Shown here piece by piece: positions 7,720 through 18,567 of a DNA stretch of 43,224 bases. Made by a program: the position numbers and the translations under genes. The stretch spans positions 1-43,224 of the forward strand of contig JAZGFI010000293.1 of assembly GCA_036479435.1 (NCBI GenBank), read 5' to 3'. The stretch comes from Planctomycetota bacterium. GTDB lineage: Bacteria; Planctomycetota; GCA-002687715; DRQF01. The notes beneath the pieces were generated by a model. It had not been told where the DNA came from, searched no databases, and saw nothing but the letters and a program-made list of their open reading frames with translations. Every line of letters starts with the position of its first letter. Positions within the stretch are counted from its first letter, which is position 1.

Positions 7720-9987
7720 TTAGGCCGCCTCAAGTGCGGCAATCCGGTCCTCGAAATTAGCCAACTGTTCCGCCTGGGCCGTGATCAGCAACGCCTGGTC
7801 GGCCGCCAGGGATTTTAGAGCGTCCAACTCCTCGGCATAGCTAGCGATAATGCCGTTTTGCAGCTCGTCCATGCGCAGCCGCATGATGCCGTCCTTGCCC
7901 GTGTTCATCAGGGAATAACTATTGACGTCCAGCGATTGAGCCACAAAGGCCGTCTCGACATCCTGCGCCATGGGCCCGGTTCTGCGGTCCTGGCCCGCCG
8001 CTTCGTTTTTCCAGCGGAAGGATTTCATCAGTCGCCCGCACGCGCCGAAAGCCGTGAGTTCGGCCAAAGCGAGATCGCGCTCGTCGCGCTTCAGGGTCCG
8101 GTCCGATGTTACCGTGATGGCGTTCAGGAAAAACCCGTCCCGGAATTCATCGCCCGTGTTGCTGCCAATATCCTGGTCTGTGGCCACGCTGATCGCCAGA
8201 ATATGACCGAGTTCGCTAAGCTCCAGCCGTTCGTTTTCGCCGCCAAGCTGGAAGACAATCGCGCCATTCACGGCCCCGGAAGCGGGCGCGGGCGCGCGGA
8301 CGCGGGCGCGGATCGAGCAGGCGATCTTGGGGTCGCCGACGCCATCGTCGCCGGCCCACCGGATATTGCCGAGATTATCCCCGAGCTGGACAATGGTCGC
8401 CGGATCACCAGCGGCAGCGGCGCGCGATTTCAGAAACGTTATTTCACCGGCAAGATCATTATTTGAAAATCTTCCGATCAAGGCGCTCGAATGCTCAAGA
8501 TCGGATCCCGCGATTTGCACGCCGTTTGTGGTGCCGAAGCCATTCGGAAGATCACCCCCGTAGCCCAGGTGAAGGCGGGTATCGAAAAATCCCTTGTCAA
8601 AGGCGTTACCGCTGGCGTCACCAATATGTTGGCTTGTAGCCGAGCTGATCGCCAGAATATGGCCGATCTCGCTAAACTCCAGACGTTCGTTTTCGCCGCC
8701 AAGCTGGAAGACAATCGCGCCATTCACGGCCCCGGAAGCGGGCGCGGGCGCGCGGACGCGGGCGCGGATCGAGCAGGCGATCTTCGGATCGCCGACACCA
8801 TCGTCACCGGCCCAGCGGATATTGCCGAGGTTGTCACCGATCTGCACGATCGTAGGGATCGCCGGGTCTGTCGAGCGCGATTTCGTAAACGTGAGTTCGC
8901 CAGCAAGATCATCCGCCGTAAAGCGCCCTATCATGGCACTTGTCTGACCATAGGTCGTGCCGGCAATCTGCAAGGCGGACGGCTCGCCGAAATGCGTATT
9001 GATATCGGCACCGTGACCGATATAGGAGCGGGTGGATACATTCGACTTCCGGAAAGGATTAGTCTCGTCGCCAAGATCAAGATCGCCCGCGAGCGAGGGG
9101 CGCAGGGCCGGTGTTGTCCCGCCGCCCGTCAGTGTCAAGAGGTTCGTCAGCGTGCCATTGACCAGGCAGCTTAAGGCCCACTTGCCGTTTTCACTGCCGA
9201 GCGCTGTATCCACCGCAACCGATTGCATCGCCGTGTAGGCGATATAGTCCGTGCCATCAAAGCCGTTGGCGAAAAGCGTGCCGAGCGCTTCGTCGTCCAA
9301 CACCTTCGTTCGGGCCGCCTTGGTACCGTTGGCACGGCGCATGACGAGATCCACGTCCGATCCAATTCCATGCAGCTGGACTTCAAGCGCACCATCCCGG
9401 GCGACGCTCAAAATCTGATCGGCTGTCGGCGTGTTATGATCACCGTCGCCGATCTCAAGTGCGTCAACGTTGGCGGTGCCGCTGATGCCGCTCAGGAAGA
9501 CCGCATCCACATAATTCTTAGTGCTGGCATCCGTGCCCGCGATCGGCTCACCCAGATTGATAATCCGGGCGCCGCCCACATCAATAAACGTACCCGTAGG
9601 ATCCGCGATCAGACCCAGCGCGATCCGGGCGTCCTGTTCCTGATCGCGCATAACGGCCAGATCAAAATCGCGCTCATGCCGCGCGGCGTCAAAATCATCG
9701 TTTGGCGGATAGACGGTTTTCTGCTGGACCGGCGTCTCACGGGTAATCACCAGCGTCTCGCCTGTTGCCGGTGCAACGGTCGCGGTCAGCGTGCCACCAT
9801 TCGGATCGCCGGCACCGGTCAGCGTGTAATCGACGGTCTCAACCCAGAGCGTTACAACCAGCGTCGCATCAACCACAAGCCTGGCAACAACAACCGCATT
9901 CTCGAAAAACTGGAAGGGCACCGTAAACCCGGTCGTACTGCCATTGCCCGCAATAGCCGGCGGCTCATAAGGCGTTTCAATGGTCAT
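7720..9987 (-). CDS. Tail fibre: T7 gp17-like N-terminus and C-terminal S74 intramolecular chaperone
   Basis: AGNGSTTGFTVPFQFF N-terminus; TSDRTLK cleavage motif, MAQDV and a terminal coiled coil; internal 152-aa duplication. Confidence 0.88.
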   Translation of the reverse strand: MTIETPYEPPAIAGNGSTTGFTVPFQFFENAVVVARLVVDATLVVTLWVETVDYTLTGAGDPNGGTLTATVAPATGETLVITRETPVQQKTVYPPNDDFDAARHERDFDLAVMRDQEQDARIALGLIADPTGTFIDVGGARIINLGEPIAGTDASTKNYVDAVFLSGISGTANVDALEIGDGDHNTPTADQILSVARDGALEVQLHGIGSDVDLVMRRANGTKAARTKVLDDEALGTLFANGFDGTDYIAYTAMQSVAVDTALGSENGKWALSCLVNGTLTNLLTLTGGGTTPALRPSLAGDLDLGDETNPFRKSNVSTRSYIGHGADINTHFGEPSALQIAGTTYGQTSAMIGRFTADDLAGELTFTKSRSTDPAIPTIVQIGDNLGNIRWAGDDGVGDPKIACSIRARVRAPAPASGAVNGAIVFQLGGENERLEFSEIGHILAISSATSQHIGDASGNAFDKGFFDTRLHLGYGGDLPNGFGTTNGVQIAGSDLEHSSALIGRFSNNDLAGEITFLKSRAAAAGDPATIVQLGDNLGNIRWAGDDGVGDPKIACSIRARVRAPAPASGAVNGAIVFQLGGENERLELSELGHILAISVATDQDIGSNTGDEFRDGFFLNAITVTSDRTLKRDERDLALAELTAFGACGRLMKSFRWKNEAAGQDRRTGPMAQDVETAFVAQSLDVNSYSLMNTGKDGIMRLRMDELQNGIIASYAEELDALKSLAADQALLITAQAEQLANFEDRIAALEAA
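8190..8860. repeat. Intragenic tandem duplication, period 456 bp
   Basis: 8228-8328 is identical to 8684-8784; flanks similar at protein level. Confidence 0.9.
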
Positions 9988-12470
9988 GGTCTTGCCTCCA
10001 ATGCTCGTGTCAGATCCGGCGCACGGCCCGGAAGTGTCTGTCCCGGACGCCACCAGTATTTTTGTCCGTAATCGCGCAGGGCGCCGCGCTCACGGCGGCG
10101 GCGGGCGCGGGCCGCATAACTCGGATTAATCATCGTGTCGAGCTGATCCCAGAGCGCCCGCTCGGTCGCCAGCCGCGTGTACCAGAGCGTCGTGCCGGGC
10201 GTGTAACGCTTGAGAAACCGCGCAAGCTCCGGCGTGACGTTCGTCTTTTTGCCGGAGGCCGCCTGCTGGATATTGCCGACCGTCAGTTTCAACACGTCCT
10301 CGCCAAGCCCAACAACCGGCCCCGCGAGGCTTTGCGCAAAGCCACCACCGAAACGGTTTTGATCCGCAAAGAGAAGATCCCCGAAAATACCGATGCCGCC
10401 ACCCTGCATGCCCGCCGCCGCCCAAAACTCGGTACTGGTCATCGGACGCGGATCGCGGCCGCCGGCGATTTGCTTCAGCTGCAGCGCCATCGCGCCCATC
10501 ATCGTCGTGGACATCATCAGGCCGCCCAGATAGCGCCAGTCGCCATGCCGGCGGATCTGGTTGACTGCGCGCTGGATATGCGTGAACAAAACCGTGATCG
10601 GAAAGTTCTTGTACATGCCGACGCTGCGCACCATCTCGCCCATGAAGGTCCCGGGGCGGGCCGCCTGGTTGATCGCCGCGCGCGCCTTTAGGCTCTCGGT
10701 CGGCACCGCGAATTCCATTTCCGTCTGGATCATTTCAAGGTATTTGGTCGCAAGCGCGTCGCTCTCGCCGACTTCCAGATGCGGCGCCAGCGCAATGTCC
10801 TCGGGCTCAAGAAAAGGCACGCCCTTGAAGGTGCTCGGCTCTGCCGCGCGGATCTTGTCCCAGTTTCCGCCGTCAAGGCCATAACGGGTCAGCGTGTTCT
10901 GAAAAGCGGGATCCAGGGCGTCAAAGGCAAGCCCCCGAAAATCCGCGATCGATCCCTGAAATTCCCGCCCCATGGCCCAGCGGCCAAACTGGGTCCAGCC
11001 CTCAAGACCGGAGGCGCGCATCACGCCGTCCGAGAGCCGCCGGAAAAACTCGTGTCCGGCGACTTCACCGACCATGCGATGCGCCGAAAGCGCGTTGCCG
11101 GCATAGCTGTCCGCAATAAGGCCGCCGCGAATGGCGGCCACGCGGGCATCACTATCGGCCATCAGGCCAAGAATATTGCGCATCACGCCTGTCGCCCGAA
11201 GTCCGTTAAAGCGCGCCGTCATGGCCTGAAAGGCGATATCCGATACCGCCGAGAGCGTCGCCGAACCGAGCTGCGCCGAGGCAAGCGTCGAACGCGCCGA
11301 CTGGAAGCCGCGGGCGACACGCGCATTCACGGGGGATTGGGTGGTGCCCTTATAGGCCGCCCACATATGATCCATACTGTTGACCGCCGTCCGCGCCCGG
11401 CTCATGGCTTTGTCGCCGCCGCGGGCCGCATCGATCTCGGCGGCGCGCTTGGTAATCGTATCCCCCAGCCACCGCACCGTTGCCTCCGGGTTCGGTCCCA
11501 AAATCTCAAGCGCAGCGATATCCCGGGACATATGATCCAGATGCGAGACCATGGTCGACCACGGGTCGCGGTCACCAAAACGGGCATTATATGTGAGCCA
11601 ATCATCCGCCGAGCGGAACACCAGAAAACGTGGATCCACACGCCGGTTCGCCAGACTGCGCCCGCGCGTGGCGCCGCTCGGCCGCACCTTGGACCAGCCA
11701 TCGGTGCGGATGGTTTCATAAACCGCGTCCAGCGCCTCATCCAGTTGCTTGACCGTGAACGGCAAGCCGGTTTGCTCGTCGAGCATTTTGGCGGTGTCGA
11801 GCCTGGGCCGGATAAAACCTTTCCATTCGGCGAGGCTGGCCTTGCGGACGCGCATGCTGTCATGGCTTTGCGGCATCCCCCAGTCCTGGCGCTTGGGAAT
11901 ACGGCCGCCGCCGGCGTTAAAGCGCTGGCGGGCATCCTCCGCCGCCGTTTCCCACGCCCGGGCCATCTGGCCGGCGGCTTCGTCACCTGTTTTCTCGCCG
12001 AAAATCTCACGCGCCATATTGTCCAGCTCGGCTTTTTTCATCTGCCGGCCCAGAATATCGCGGGAAAAGAACCGCAACTCATTGGCCATTTGCGTATGAA
12101 GACGCCCGAGCACCGCCTTGCGGCGGCTATCGAGATTGCTGATCCCCTCCGCCAGATCATCGCGGTCAAAAAGTGCCTCGGCAGCGCGCGGCATATTCTC
12201 CTTGCCGTTCGCGCCGCGAAACCCTTCAAGGTCACGGCCGATGCGCTCCGTCGCCACGATCTGCAAGAGCGCCAGACGCTTGTTGTCCGCCGCCTGTTCC
12301 GCGACGATGCGGCGCACCTCACTGTCCGCATAGGACCGCGCAGCCGCCTGGCTCATGGTCAGGCGTGCGTCGCGTTCCAGATCATCAAAGAGCGCCAGCA
12401 TTTCGTCCGCCCGGTTGGCGTCCACCTCACCGGCGGCCTTCTTGAGATTAATGCAATTCTTGAGGCTCAT
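9984..12470 (-). CDS. Internal virion (DNA ejection) protein
   Basis: Large helical protein before the tail fibre; ends in KYWWRPG, as in epsilon15/BPP-1-type ejection proteins. Confidence 0.75.
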   Translation of the reverse strand: MSLKNCINLKKAAGEVDANRADEMLALFDDLERDARLTMSQAAARSYADSEVRRIVAEQAADNKRLALLQIVATERIGRDLEGFRGANGKENMPRAAEALFDRDDLAEGISNLDSRRKAVLGRLHTQMANELRFFSRDILGRQMKKAELDNMAREIFGEKTGDEAAGQMARAWETAAEDARQRFNAGGGRIPKRQDWGMPQSHDSMRVRKASLAEWKGFIRPRLDTAKMLDEQTGLPFTVKQLDEALDAVYETIRTDGWSKVRPSGATRGRSLANRRVDPRFLVFRSADDWLTYNARFGDRDPWSTMVSHLDHMSRDIAALEILGPNPEATVRWLGDTITKRAAEIDAARGGDKAMSRARTAVNSMDHMWAAYKGTTQSPVNARVARGFQSARSTLASAQLGSATLSAVSDIAFQAMTARFNGLRATGVMRNILGLMADSDARVAAIRGGLIADSYAGNALSAHRMVGEVAGHEFFRRLSDGVMRASGLEGWTQFGRWAMGREFQGSIADFRGLAFDALDPAFQNTLTRYGLDGGNWDKIRAAEPSTFKGVPFLEPEDIALAPHLEVGESDALATKYLEMIQTEMEFAVPTESLKARAAINQAARPGTFMGEMVRSVGMYKNFPITVLFTHIQRAVNQIRRHGDWRYLGGLMMSTTMMGAMALQLKQIAGGRDPRPMTSTEFWAAAGMQGGGIGIFGDLLFADQNRFGGGFAQSLAGPVVGLGEDVLKLTVGNIQQAASGKKTNVTPELARFLKRYTPGTTLWYTRLATERALWDQLDTMINPSYAARARRRRERGALRDYGQKYWWRPGQTLPGRAPDLTRALEARP

Positions 12471-13738
12471 CGGCAGGCCTCCACGGCAGCAACAAAGGCG
12501 TCATCCGCTTCGATCGCGGCACGGATATCAGAGGCGGATCGTGTGATCGGCCGCACCACGCCGTCCGCGCTGATCTCCACACCGACCGGGATCCGGTCCG
12601 GGAGCACAAGACCTGCCGCCTGATCTCCGAAAAGATCCGCCTCCACGGCGTCCGTTGCCGCACGCGACCGCGTGCCCGCCGGATCAAGGCCTATCTCGGC
12701 ATCCAGACGCGGGGGCAAAGGCTCGCCGCCCGGGACCGGGCCGCCGGCTTCCATCGTTTCCTCAATATCCACCAGGCGGTCGTTGTGGGTGGCACGCCCT
12801 TCCGGCGTATCCGGCCCGGGGTTCATGCTTTCGAAAACATCCTCGTTTTCCAGGTCCGCGCGGGCGGCCGCCTGTTCCTTTGTCGGGTCAGTCACGGTTT
12901 CGTCAAACGTTTTCATCAAATCGCGGCGGGTCGCAAAACGGCTGATGCCTTTCTGTAGCGCCCGCAGACTACCCGCGAAAATTCCGGCACCCGTGGCCGC
13001 CATCAGGACATTTTCGGTTGCCTGAAGAGCACCATAATCAAGACCCACGTCCCGGCGATAGGCCTGCACGGCCGGCTGGATTGTGGTTTCGACGCCGGCG
13101 GCGATACTGCTTTCAAGCATTGCCGTGCGCAAAATGCCGGCGCTCGCCGTCGCGCCGAACGGCAACGTCAGAAGGTTCACCGGATCCGTCAAAAGCGCAC
13201 CGGCAGCGCCCACAAATACACCGGCAAGCGCCCCACCGCCCCGGGCACGGCTGGCGATTTCGGCGGCATCTTCCTGCTTTTGCCGCACTTCGCCGTTCAC
13301 ATCTTCGATAAGAGCGCCAGCGGATTTCGGGATCCCAGACAAAGCCGTGGGATCGGCGGCGCGGCGGCGAGCGACTTCGGACCATATCGCCTCCTCGGCC
13401 TGCCGGCCTCTTGGCCGCCGATCGGTACCGCCCGCACGCGCGAAACTTTCGGCGGCAGCGGCGCCGGTGATGGCGGCCGTCTCCAGAGTAAGCGGCGCCT
13501 CGTTTTCTGATTTGCCGAACGGATTAACGAATTGCCCACCTTCCGCATTCAACTGCTTGAGGATGGGATCATAAGCGTCGCGCATATTGCGGGTGCGTGA
13601 AATGCTCAGGTTGACGGCGCGGTTCGCTTCCCAGGCGGCGATGGTATTTTCCACAAAACCGGTACGTGGCCCGCGCGAGATAAGACTGCGCGGATCCTGG
13701 CCACGAATGGCGGCGTTTGTATCGGACCAAACCGTCAT
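12467..13738 (-). CDS. Internal virion protein
   Basis: Ala/Gly-rich hydrophobic segment (LTDPVNLLTLPFG); position in the ejection cluster. Confidence 0.7.
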   Translation of the reverse strand: MTVWSDTNAAIRGQDPRSLISRGPRTGFVENTIAAWEANRAVNLSISRTRNMRDAYDPILKQLNAEGGQFVNPFGKSENEAPLTLETAAITGAAAAESFARAGGTDRRPRGRQAEEAIWSEVARRRAADPTALSGIPKSAGALIEDVNGEVRQKQEDAAEIASRARGGGALAGVFVGAAGALLTDPVNLLTLPFGATASAGILRTAMLESSIAAGVETTIQPAVQAYRRDVGLDYGALQATENVLMAATGAGIFAGSLRALQKGISRFATRRDLMKTFDETVTDPTKEQAAARADLENEDVFESMNPGPDTPEGRATHNDRLVDIEETMEAGGPVPGGEPLPPRLDAEIGLDPAGTRSRAATDAVEADLFGDQAAGLVLPDRIPVGVEISADGVVRPITRSASDIRAAIEADDAFVAAVEACR

Positions 13739-13754
13739 GTGTCCTTCCTGATCA

Positions 13755-15794
13755 TCAGATAATCCCCGGGCCTTCGAAGGCTCTTGAGATATCCCGAGCA
13801 ACCGGCAACCGGCCGATTACTGCGGGGGCGATCGCCCCCACGTTCATTTCATAAAAACCGTTGTTTCCGGAACCAAGCACCAACTCACCGCCGGTGCCGT
13901 TCATTGAGACCAGATAAATACCGTCACCAACAGGCACCAGAATGGCATCGTCCAAATCTTCGGGTGTCATATCGCCCTTATCGTTGCCGTGGAACGGAGC
14001 CACGCCGCCGACGCTCGCGGCCTGCAAATCGTCCTTGGTCATGCGCCCCAGAACCACATCAAAATCACGGCCGGAAAGCCCGGTCGGAAGCACCAGCTCA
14101 CGGTCATTCCAAATGCCCCGCCCGCCAAGTCTGTTGCCATCGGCGTCCGTGGTGCCGCCCATCGCCCGATGAACGGACCAGTCAAACAATTCACTGTCAA
14201 AGGCATCGGCCTCGGTCAACCCGGCTTTGAGCGCCCTGTCCGCATAGACGGCCTTGGCGATCTCAATCACACCGGAACGATCCGCGGGGCTCGCATTCAT
14301 TGCGGCGCCCATACTTTCGTCAAGCGCCAGCGCAACGTCACCCACCGGCATATCGAGCTTTGTGCCGCTCGCGAGTGCTTTGCGGCCGGAAAGCGCCATC
14401 CGCGCCGTCTGCTGCCCGTCCGGTCCATCCATGACCAAACCACCGATCCAGGACATCACGGGTGCGTCCTTGGAAATTTCCTCCATGACGCGGGGGGCGG
14501 CACTTCCGAAACTGCTGGTCACCCCGGCGAGCATGGCCATCTGTTCCTCAACATCCGTGTCGGTCGCGGTTAGTGTCTGCACGAACTGGTGGCGCTCTTC
14601 ATTGGTGAAATAGGTGACGGGGTTGCCATATTCGCTCGCCACCAGTTCGGCGGTCGCGACCCGGTCGGCGAAGCTCTCGGGCACCGTGACGTCCAGGGGC
14701 TCAATCTCAACGCCGGCGCCCGCGGCCCAGGATAGCGGATCTTCCTTCAAGGCCGTATTCATCTGCCCGAGAACCGATTGCGCGGCTTTGAGCACCTGGG
14801 CCTGTTCCACGCTGGCGCCTGCCGCCGTCGCCGCTCTCAGGCCGTTAATTTCATTTTGCAACTGTACAGGGGTCATGCGGATCATCGCACTCCGCGCATC
14901 CATTACCATTACCGTGCGGTTAAACCGCGTGGCAAGAGCCGCATCCCCGCTCGCCCTCACGAGCGCCGCCGTATTCGTCAACATGCCGGGCTCAACGGGC
15001 ACACCGGCGCTCAACACCGTATCCATATCCTGAAGGGCGGAACGCGCGGCCGTCGTTATCTTGCCCCGGCGCTGCGCAAGCAGTGTTTCCGCCCGAGCTT
15101 TCAACCGCAAACGATCATCTGTCGCGAGACCCGGGATGCTCTCCGCATCACTCAGCGCTTCAACCGCCCGCTCCGGATCCGCGTCAATCAGTTGCAAAGC
15201 CTGGTTTTGGCTGCCTTCACTGACAAACCCTTGCTGCGCCGCCACGGCACTGGCTTCGCTCATCCATCCGGCCGCCACATCGGAGGTCAGCATATCCTCG
15301 AAACCCGCGATCGCCGCGTCGCGATCCGTTTCGCTCGTCGCGCCAGCCCAATCGCGGAGAAAAGCATCCCGACCGCGCAACCGGTCAGCGGCCGCGTCGT
15401 CCGCATGCACTCGTAGCCGATGTGCGGATGCCCGGCTTCCCGTGAACGCCGAGCGGCGAATAAATTCCGGTTCAAAAGCCTGCCATTGACGTGCATTCAA
15501 CCCCTTGATAACCGTTTCCCTGAGGCTGGTCGTGCCTTTGCTCACCACGTCGCCGATCGCTTGCGCATCCGTTGTCAGCGCCACATCCTCATCAAGCCCG
15601 GTAAAGCCTTCGGCCATAGTGGCCCGCGCCGCGTTTACCTGGCGCTGATCTTCCGCCTTGCGCTGCAAAAGACCCGTTACCGTCGCCGCCCGGCCAAGTT
15701 GCTGTAGTCCCGATATATCAACACCGGGCGCACCGATCGGCGCAGCGACACCGCCGCGTGGCGTTTCAGTAGGGGCTAGCGGTACAGTAACCAT
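13755..15794 (-). CDS. Internal virion protein
   Basis: Large Ala-rich helical ORF in the ejection cluster; TGATG coupling. Confidence 0.7.
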   Translation of the reverse strand: MVTVPLAPTETPRGGVAAPIGAPGVDISGLQQLGRAATVTGLLQRKAEDQRQVNAARATMAEGFTGLDEDVALTTDAQAIGDVVSKGTTSLRETVIKGLNARQWQAFEPEFIRRSAFTGSRASAHRLRVHADDAAADRLRGRDAFLRDWAGATSETDRDAAIAGFEDMLTSDVAAGWMSEASAVAAQQGFVSEGSQNQALQLIDADPERAVEALSDAESIPGLATDDRLRLKARAETLLAQRRGKITTAARSALQDMDTVLSAGVPVEPGMLTNTAALVRASGDAALATRFNRTVMVMDARSAMIRMTPVQLQNEINGLRAATAAGASVEQAQVLKAAQSVLGQMNTALKEDPLSWAAGAGVEIEPLDVTVPESFADRVATAELVASEYGNPVTYFTNEERHQFVQTLTATDTDVEEQMAMLAGVTSSFGSAAPRVMEEISKDAPVMSWIGGLVMDGPDGQQTARMALSGRKALASGTKLDMPVGDVALALDESMGAAMNASPADRSGVIEIAKAVYADRALKAGLTEADAFDSELFDWSVHRAMGGTTDADGNRLGGRGIWNDRELVLPTGLSGRDFDVVLGRMTKDDLQAASVGGVAPFHGNDKGDMTPEDLDDAILVPVGDGIYLVSMNGTGGELVLGSGNNGFYEMNVGAIAPAVIGRLPVARDISRAFEGPGII

Positions 15795-16318
15795 CAAATC
15801 AATCCTGCTGCCAAACCAAAATCAGAACCCGGGGTTGCCGCACTACCGGGAACCGCCGGACCACTTCCCGCTGTGAATTTGCTGTTGAGGCTGGCGCCGA
15901 GTAAAAGCGTGCCGGCGGCACCGAAAAGACCTTGCCGGAAAGCCTGTTTGCCGCGCCGGCGGGCGACGATGCCGCGGGCAACCCGGTCTTCGGCACGCTG
16001 TGCCGCACGGGCTTCGATACGAGTAGCGTCAAATTCACGTTTGGCGGCGGTTTCGGCGGCCACCAGAAGCGGCGTGCCGGATGAGATATCCACACCCGCT
16101 TTTGCAAAGCTGGCGCGCTGACGGCCAAGGAGCGCGCGGGTCGCGGCGCGGAAGCCCCGGGCCTCGATAACGCCTTCCTGCAATTCCTGACCGCTGGCGA
16201 TAAATTCCCGCTCGGCTACCGCGCGACCTTGGCTCCTTGCCGCGATGCCGCCCTGGATCTTGCCGCCGGCGCCGATCAGCGTGCCCGCGAGAAGGGCGAA
16301 TTCAGGTCCTGCACACAT
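15794..16318 (-). CDS. Internal virion protein (T7 gp14-like)
   Basis: MC start, GxQRA.FA.AGVDISSGTPL motif, follows tail tubular B. Confidence 0.75.
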   Translation of the reverse strand: MCAGPEFALLAGTLIGAGGKIQGGIAARSQGRAVAEREFIASGQELQEGVIEARGFRAATRALLGRQRASFAKAGVDISSGTPLLVAAETAAKREFDATRIEARAAQRAEDRVARGIVARRRGKQAFRQGLFGAAGTLLLGASLNSKFTAGSGPAVPGSAATPGSDFGLAAGLI

Positions 16319-18567
16319 CAGCCACCCTCCCCTGCAATGTTATATTCCGTCGTGAACTCGAGCACCGTCATGGGTAACGGCTGGTTCTGTTCGATGGTGA
16401 TACCGGCCTCGCGGTCCCAGCCGCCGATGAGCCGTGTTTTGCGCACGCCCGCATAAGTGTCCCGCGCCTCGTCATAATCGCCGCCGCCCGATGGCCGGAT
16501 TTGTTCAAACTCCTCCGGCGTGTCGCTGCGGTAGATAATCCCGCCGGCACTGCCGAGCGTTCGCGTCACCACCGCCCGCACCCGGCGCTGGCGCCCCGCC
16601 GTCGCACCGCGATTGTCGGCAAAATTCGGATCCAGGCTTTCAAACTTGCGGCCATTCACCGGCAGCCCGACGAGAATGACCTGATACGTGCGATCAAGCG
16701 TAATCGTGCCACTCTCGACGACTTCATCCGGCAACACCGCACCGTCAGCGAGCACCTCAACCGTTTCGCCTTCCAGATGATCAAGACCGGTGACCGTATC
16801 CGTCGGCGGTCCATTCGTTTCGTCATAGCGCACGCCGCTGCACAGATACCAGGCGCGGTCGGGTTTTCCCTCCTCGCGGTAATCCAGGGCAAATTCCTGA
16901 CGTTCGATATAACGCCGCGTCGCACCATCCACCGTGCGCCGGACGATCATCCAAAGCTCGGACCGCTCGCCATCCGGCGAACGTGAAACGCTCAGACGCT
17001 CAATGAAGCCATCACCACCGACGTCCGCCGTGTGAAACCCGACGACCTGTTGCTTGCGCATATAGGTCACACCGATGAGCGTTCCATCCGACCGGATGAC
17101 CCACAGGATCCGATACGGGTCCCGCGCCCAGGTCATTCCGGTACAGCCATCCAGAAACAAATGATCGGCCTGTAGGCTGACTTCTTCCGTTTTGTAATCA
17201 TCCGCTTTGATGCTGAAACCAAGCTCATGCAGGCGCAGGCCGCCGGCCCCGAGAAAGAGCGCCCGGCCATCGATTTGCAGGGCGGGAACGGCCGTGCTGC
17301 CATCGCCCGAGGCGTCCCGAACCGAAACATTCGTCGGCGTCAGGGCCTCCCGGAACGAACTCGCACCGAGGGTGAATTCATCGCCGGACGATCCCAGCAT
17401 CAGGCGCGTACTGGTCGCGAACCACAAAAGATGGTTGACCTGCAGATTGCGCGATACGATCGTATATTGAAGCGCATCATCGTCGTCAGTGCCGGCCAGC
17501 ATATTCTGAAAATCGCTCGAGACGGATCCAAAAACCGTTGTCGGCTGATGATCCGTGGCGCCGAGCATCAGGCGCTGTTCAAACCAGCCGATCACACCCG
17601 GGTAACCGCGAAACCGGCTAAAAGAGCCTTCCTCGAATTTGAAACTGGCGGTCGCGGTCAATTCCACGGGCAATTCCGTCAACACGCGCGCTGTCGCCGT
17701 CACGCCGCCAACGGCCACGTCGAGGATCCGCACAATGCCAAAGCCCGCATGCAGAAACTTCCAGACGCAGGAATTCTTGGCGGAACGGACCTGGCCCTCG
17801 GTATGGGTGGGGGCGTTCGGACCGGCGCGCACAAGTGTTTCGGATCCTTGCCGTTCATAGACATTTGCACCGACGCGCACACGGTCCAGCTTCGCATACT
17901 CGATATCCGATCCCGCGCTATCGACACCACCTTCCCAGAGCGGCACGTCATTCAAATCCTTGGCGATCAGCTTCCAGATCGAATTGGCATGGCCGGCGTC
18001 AAACGTGAAACCGGATGCCGTCAGCGTGATAATGCCTTCAATCCCATCCGTCTTGATGGTTTTGTTCTTATCGATATTTTGCGGCAGGAAAGGCCCGTCC
18101 TCAAACCGCGCCGGCGTCAGAACCCAGTCGGTGTCCCCAAAATGCTCCAGCTTGCGCGCCGTGCGCTGGCCGCCGGACACCAGATACATCACGTCGGCCG
18201 ATTGCGCCCATTGCAACCGCGCCAGTTCCGTATCGTTATAGGGATGATCAATTTCAAACGGATCCCCGCCAGTATCGCGAATGAGCTGGTCGGCTCGGTA
18301 AAACCGCATTTTTTGGTTGGATCCGAACTCGATTTGATAGCTGAGTTCCCGGGACGGCGAAAACGGGACCAGTAAGCCGGGCGCTGTTTCATCGCCGAGC
18401 GCGCCGATAAACTTGGTCCCGGGCGTTGTGCTGACGCCGCCCTGGATCCGCACGAAAAAATTGCGGCAGGTCTTGAGCGCCGTATGAAACAACGCCTGAT
18501 CGTTGCGCCCATGCAATAAGGGCGTAATCTCGCCCGAAGAAAACGAGGCCTGGTGTGTTGCGGTCAT
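16318..18567 (-). CDS. Tail tubular protein B (nozzle)
   Basis: SFSSGEITPLLHGR.D, NFFV..QGG...PGTKF, AQSADVMY, GYPGVIGWFEQRL. Confidence 0.9.
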   Translation of the reverse strand: MTATHQASFSSGEITPLLHGRNDQALFHTALKTCRNFFVRIQGGVSTTPGTKFIGALGDETAPGLLVPFSPSRELSYQIEFGSNQKMRFYRADQLIRDTGGDPFEIDHPYNDTELARLQWAQSADVMYLVSGGQRTARKLEHFGDTDWVLTPARFEDGPFLPQNIDKNKTIKTDGIEGIITLTASGFTFDAGHANSIWKLIAKDLNDVPLWEGGVDSAGSDIEYAKLDRVRVGANVYERQGSETLVRAGPNAPTHTEGQVRSAKNSCVWKFLHAGFGIVRILDVAVGGVTATARVLTELPVELTATASFKFEEGSFSRFRGYPGVIGWFEQRLMLGATDHQPTTVFGSVSSDFQNMLAGTDDDDALQYTIVSRNLQVNHLLWFATSTRLMLGSSGDEFTLGASSFREALTPTNVSVRDASGDGSTAVPALQIDGRALFLGAGGLRLHELGFSIKADDYKTEEVSLQADHLFLDGCTGMTWARDPYRILWVIRSDGTLIGVTYMRKQQVVGFHTADVGGDGFIERLSVSRSPDGERSELWMIVRRTVDGATRRYIERQEFALDYREEGKPDRAWYLCSGVRYDETNGPPTDTVTGLDHLEGETVEVLADGAVLPDEVVESGTITLDRTYQVILVGLPVNGRKFESLDPNFADNRGATAGRQRRVRAVVTRTLGSAGGIIYRSDTPEEFEQIRPSGGGDYDEARDTYAGVRKTRLIGGWDREAGITIEQNQPLPMTVLEFTTEYNIAGEGG

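Noticed and set aside
8190..8940. Diversity-generating retroelement (TR/VR pair), given the BPP-1-like virion genes
   Set aside because: No reverse transcriptase ORF; both repeats are in-frame in one gene and the differences are not adenine-specific
10779..12623. Long plus-strand ORFs opposite structural genes (also 17227-18375, 22953-24407) and minus-strand 27604-28974, 37533-38510
   Set aside because: Antisense shadows of GC-rich coding genes with no recognisable motifs
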